A stretch of 64,000 nucleotides of DNA from Longimicrobiales bacterium (GTDB lineage: Bacteria; Gemmatimonadota; Gemmatimonadetes; Longimicrobiales; Gaopeijiaceae). Location of the stretch: positions 1-64,000 of the forward strand of contig CBDCKN010000012.1 of NCBI GenBank assembly GCA_965218295.1, read 5' to 3'. This document shows positions 60,603 through 64,000 of this stretch, piece by piece (position 1 is the stretch's first letter; each line of letters begins with the position of its first letter). The notes below the pieces were generated by a model. It was given only the letters and a program-made list of their open reading frames with translations. It was not told the DNA's origin and did no database searches. The position numbers and the translations under genes are program-made.

Positions 60603-60986
60603 TCAACTCTCAACGCCCAGGCAAACATCACTACTTGCTAGGCAGTCCACGAAGATGATGATTCCGATGACCAGGACGACCGCTACGACGATGAGCACAA
60701 CCTTGACCGGCGTGGAAAGTGGCGTTTCATCCACTCGGGGATTGAGCGCCACGGCGAGGCCCAGGTCCGGTGTGGGAAGGACCGCGTCCGCTGGGTTCGT
60801 CATGGGCAGAGCGAGAAAGTCGGGCACCGGCGACTGCTCTTGTGTCGCATCTGGTGTGACGGACTGTGCAGGTGGGAAGGCACGGCGGGCGGGAACGTCA
60901 TGCTGCTGAGGAGCTTGTGCGAGCACCTGAGTGGCAGGTGTCGCGACCATGATGACTGTGAGCACGAAGACTACAGCACCTCTCAT
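60603..60986 (-). CDS. Small exported protein with C-terminal TM segment
   Basis: AGGAGG RBS, signal peptide VLA-Q, hydrophobic C-terminus. Confidence 0.65.
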   Translation of the reverse strand: MRGAVVFVLTVIMVATPATQVLAQAPQQHDVPARRAFPPAQSVTPDATQEQSPVPDFLALPMTNPADAVLPTPDLGLAVALNPRVDETPLSTPVKVVLIVVAVVLVIGIIIFVDCLASSDVCLGVES

Positions 60987-62193
60987 GGTGGCCTCCTGAG
61001 GGAAGTGACGGCGAAGGTAGCGGTGCCGAAGTCCGAGATCGTAACGGTGTAGTCGCCGGCCCGCAGACCGGTGAACTCGAAGTCACCGTTCGTGTCCGAG
61101 CTGCCAGTGGCAGACACACCGGCCAGCATACCGGTACCGGCGACGGTCACCGTCGCCACGATCCCGGTGGTTCCGGCCGTGATGCGACCCCGGATGCTCG
61201 ACGTGCGGATGTAGTTACCGCCGAAGTCCGCGGTGACCGTTTGACGGTCACGCCGGGAAGCCCAGTGCCCTCGACGGAAACCCTACCACTCACGGTGCCG
61301 ACGATGGGGACAGACGCCTCGAGCGAGAGCTGATACGATTCGCTTTCACCTGGGTCGAAGCTCGTGGCCCAGATCAGGTAGTCCCCTGCCTCGAGCGTGA
61401 TGTTGATCTGCGAGTTCACCCCTCCGCCCCCGTCGTCGTCCGAGTCTAAAGTGACGATCATGTCGTCGGTGAGGATCAGGAACGCGTCGAACTCGCTGCT
61501 CGTCAGATTGATCTGCACGGCCGTGGAGGAGCCCAAAGAGAAGCTCCACACGTCGACGAACTCCCCGCTCGTGAGCGAGCAGTTACCGGATGCGAGGGTC
61601 CCGTCCACCGTCTGGTTCATGGAGATCGAACCGACGAGGCACGTGAGACCCTCGAAGTTGACCGTGGCCGACTGCCCGGCGGCTAGCGTGACGCTCTGGG
61701 ACGTTGTCGTAAACAAGTACAGGCCCTCGCTGAAGCCGCTGATCATCACGGTATAGGCGCCCGCCAATAACGATGTGAAAGAGAACTGGCCGTTGGCGTC
61801 GGTCATCGCCGTCGCCGGACTGGGTCCTGACAGCACGACCTCGACATTCGGGACGCTGAACCCTTCAGCGGTCACCGCACCCGAGATCGACGCGTTTGCG
61901 GCGGGCACGCACGTGAAGTGGGCGGTCGCCTGAAGTGCCGAACTTGAAATCGTGACCGACAGGCTGGTCGTGCCGCAGGTCACTTCTGAAGAGACGTTCC
62001 TGATTGTTACGGTGTAGGAGCCGACCGGAACGCCCGAGAACGAATAGTTCCCGCTCGCCCCCGTCGTGGTGGCGGAGCCGTTCGAGAGCGTCACCGTCAC
62101 ACTGGAGATACCCGTTCCACCGACCGTGACCCTACCGCTGATGGTTCCCGTGACCGGCGGCGGCGAAGCTGAGACCGCCAGTGGCGGAACCAC
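60983..62193 (-). pseudogene. Fragmented surface protein with carboxypeptidase-regulatory-like repeats and a PPC domain
   Basis: GTISGRV...G.YSF..V..GSYTV repeats; FDAFLIL..DDDGGGGVNS; frame switch near 61240 into another partial repeat; no signal peptide. Confidence 0.65.
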
Positions 62194-62630
62194 GACGCGG
62201 AGGACGATGATGTGCCGGGGCCGGCAGCCGCAGATGTCACCGTGCCGCGTGTCACCAACACCTTCGGCGCTCCTAGGGCCTCATTCAAGCGGATAACTGG
62301 ATCGGACATGGCCGCACTCCGGGATCAGATGTGGTCAATGTCCTATGAGGGGGCCGGTAGGCGCAAGGAGAGCCCGTTCAGACGCCTGCAAACACGTCCT
62401 GAGCGTCTTCGGACTTCTTCGGGTTTCGTGCCCACGTGTGGCGCGGAGGCGACTGCGCAACGCCACGGCTTCAGTCTGCGGGTGGCGCGCCACCTCTGGT
62501 TTGCTTACGACGTTGAAGCAGGTAGCTCGCGAAAGAACCCAGTCCGCTGAACTTGTATTGGCCATCGACGTATTTCTCGATGACATAGAACGGAACCTGT
62601 CAACGCCAGTGAGACACTCTTGGAAATCAA

Positions 62631-63638
62631 TTAGAGAGCAATCTCCTGTGTAGTGAGGGATGGGGTGGGAGGATTGATCCAGACGGCCTCCGGGAGTGGT
62701 TTAGGCTTCGGCTCACCGGAGACGAAGCGCTCGGGATGAGCGGCCCATGCCTCACGGAGCACGGCCTTCCTGCAGGCGATGATCCGATCGGCGTGACCGA
62801 AGTGGACCTGTTCGGGGGTCAGCATCGAGATGCCGCCATGGCGGTGCTCGGCATTATACCAACGGAAGAACGAGCGACAGAAGGTCTTGGCTTGCCCCTG
62901 ATCCCCGAACCGGCCGGGAAACGAGGGATGGTACTTCAAGGTCTTGAACTGAGCCTCGGAGAACGGATTGTCATCCGAGACCTGGGGTCGGCCCAACGAG
63001 CGGGTCACGCCGAGATCGGCGAGTAGTTGAGCCGTGCATTGGCTCGTCATCGGAGCCCCTCGATCGGAATGCAGGGTCAGGAGGTGGGGCTGGACGCCAT
63101 GCTTCAAGCAACTCTGCTGGATCAGCCGGCTGGCCAGGGCAGAGTTCTCCCGATCCGCCACCATCCATCCCACGACGTAGCGGCTGAAGATGTCCAGGAT
63201 CACGTAGAGGTAGAAGTAACTCCACTTCTTCGGCCCCAGCAGCCGGGTGATATCCCAGGACCAGACCTGGTTCGGGCCCCTCGCCATCAACTCGGGCTTC
63301 TGGTATTTGGGATGACTCCGCTGCGCTCGACGCTCCTGAACCGGCACCTGGGAAGCCAGAACGCGATACATCGTACGCTCGCTGCACAGGTAGACGTCCT
63401 CGTCGAGCAGCGTCGCCACCACCTCGGCTGGGGACCGGTCCACGAACCGCTCCGAACACAGCGTGTCGAAGACCTTGTCTCGTTCCTTCTCGCTTAAGGC
63501 CCGGGCGGGGGTCGGGCGGGGCTGCTGATGCCCGGTCGATGCACTCCGACGACGGTAGAACGTGGCTCGCGGCACCCTGAGCGCATCGCACGCGGGCTTC
63601 ACCCCTACGTGCTTGGCTAGCTCCTGGGTCGCCTTCAT
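62631..63638 (-). CDS. IS3-family OrfB DDE transposase
   Basis: Same as 20359..21366 except RP to SA near the N-terminus. Confidence 0.95.
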   Translation of the reverse strand: MKATQELAKHVGVKPACDALRVPRATFYRRRSASTGHQQPRPTPARALSEKERDKVFDTLCSERFVDRSPAEVVATLLDEDVYLCSERTMYRVLASQVPVQERRAQRSHPKYQKPELMARGPNQVWSWDITRLLGPKKWSYFYLYVILDIFSRYVVGWMVADRENSALASRLIQQSCLKHGVQPHLLTLHSDRGAPMTSQCTAQLLADLGVTRSLGRPQVSDDNPFSEAQFKTLKYHPSFPGRFGDQGQAKTFCRSFFRWYNAEHRHGGISMLTPEQVHFGHADRIIACRKAVLREAWAAHPERFVSGEPKPKPLPEAVWINPPTPSLTTQEIAL

Positions 63639-63991
63639 GAGTTCGTCCCGTCCTCGAGGCTCAATCCCAGCAGCCCTGCAACTTTTCCCTGGACGTCGAT
63701 GATCAAGTGCGCCTTCTGGAGCTCCTTCTCGAGGCGAGTGTTCTCGCGCTCCAGCTTGCGCACCTTCTCCTCCAGCGGATTGCGCTCGCGCTTACGGCCT
63801 CGTTTCTTCGACAGCGCTTTCAGGGACCCGCTATGCGCCGCCTTGCGCCATGTCGTCAGGTGCGACGAGTACAAGCCCTCCCGCCGTAGGAGTCGGCCAA
63901 CCTCTCCGGGCTCCGTGCACCGGTCCGCTTCTTCGACGATCCGCAGCTTGTACGACGGAGCGAACCGCCGGCGCAGCGGCCTATCTACCAC
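63635..63991 (-). CDS. IS3-family OrfA
   Basis: Identical translation to 20006..20362. Confidence 0.85.
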   Translation of the reverse strand: MVDRPLRRRFAPSYKLRIVEEADRCTEPGEVGRLLRREGLYSSHLTTWRKAAHSGSLKALSKKRGRKRERNPLEEKVRKLERENTRLEKELQKAHLIIDVQGKVAGLLGLSLEDGTNS

Positions 63992-64000
63992 CTCCGAGTC

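Larger units (their letters stand above)
62591..64000 (-). mobile_element. IS3-family insertion sequence, copy 2 (left end outside window)
   Basis: Near-identical inverted copy of the 19857..21406 element; at least 3 substitutions seen in orfB. Confidence 0.95.

Overview
GC-rich bacterial chromosomal segment. Gene content and protein style suggest Gemmatimonadota/Longimicrobiales (inference only). Mostly housekeeping and metabolic genes: holA (partial), an ECF sigma/anti-sigma pair, four tandem M16 peptidase genes, apgM, an aminotransferase, SRAP, a GCS2-CBS fusion, iodotyrosine deiodinase, M28 and S46 peptidases, TerC, a sulfocyanin-like protein, D-aminoacylase, a cysG-sulfite reductase operon, a class III cyclase, a type IV minor pilin cluster, tRNA-Arg(CCG), rnpB, ppk1 and a Na/Ca antiporter. 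Mobile DNA comprises two near-identical inverted IS3-family elements and a MITE, and there are many 5'-truncated gene remnants. Several genes have single-base frameshifts in short homopolymers, probably read errors. Most notable: (1) a complete candidate cysteine-sensing attenuator (promoter, CACCCC leader peptide, antiterminator, terminator) upstream of cysG-sir; (2) a signal-less alpha-2-macroglobulin-like thioester protein coupled to a leaderless MerR-type regulator; (3) an operon of an atypical-kinase/Omp85 fusion, ppk1 and a DUF5706 membrane protein; (4) a 38-bp palindromic site in two inverted copies; (5) IS ends conserved 7 bp beyond the terminal CA; (6) a 13-bp duplication that uncouples pilX from its best start. 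Family assignments come from motif recognition, not database searches.
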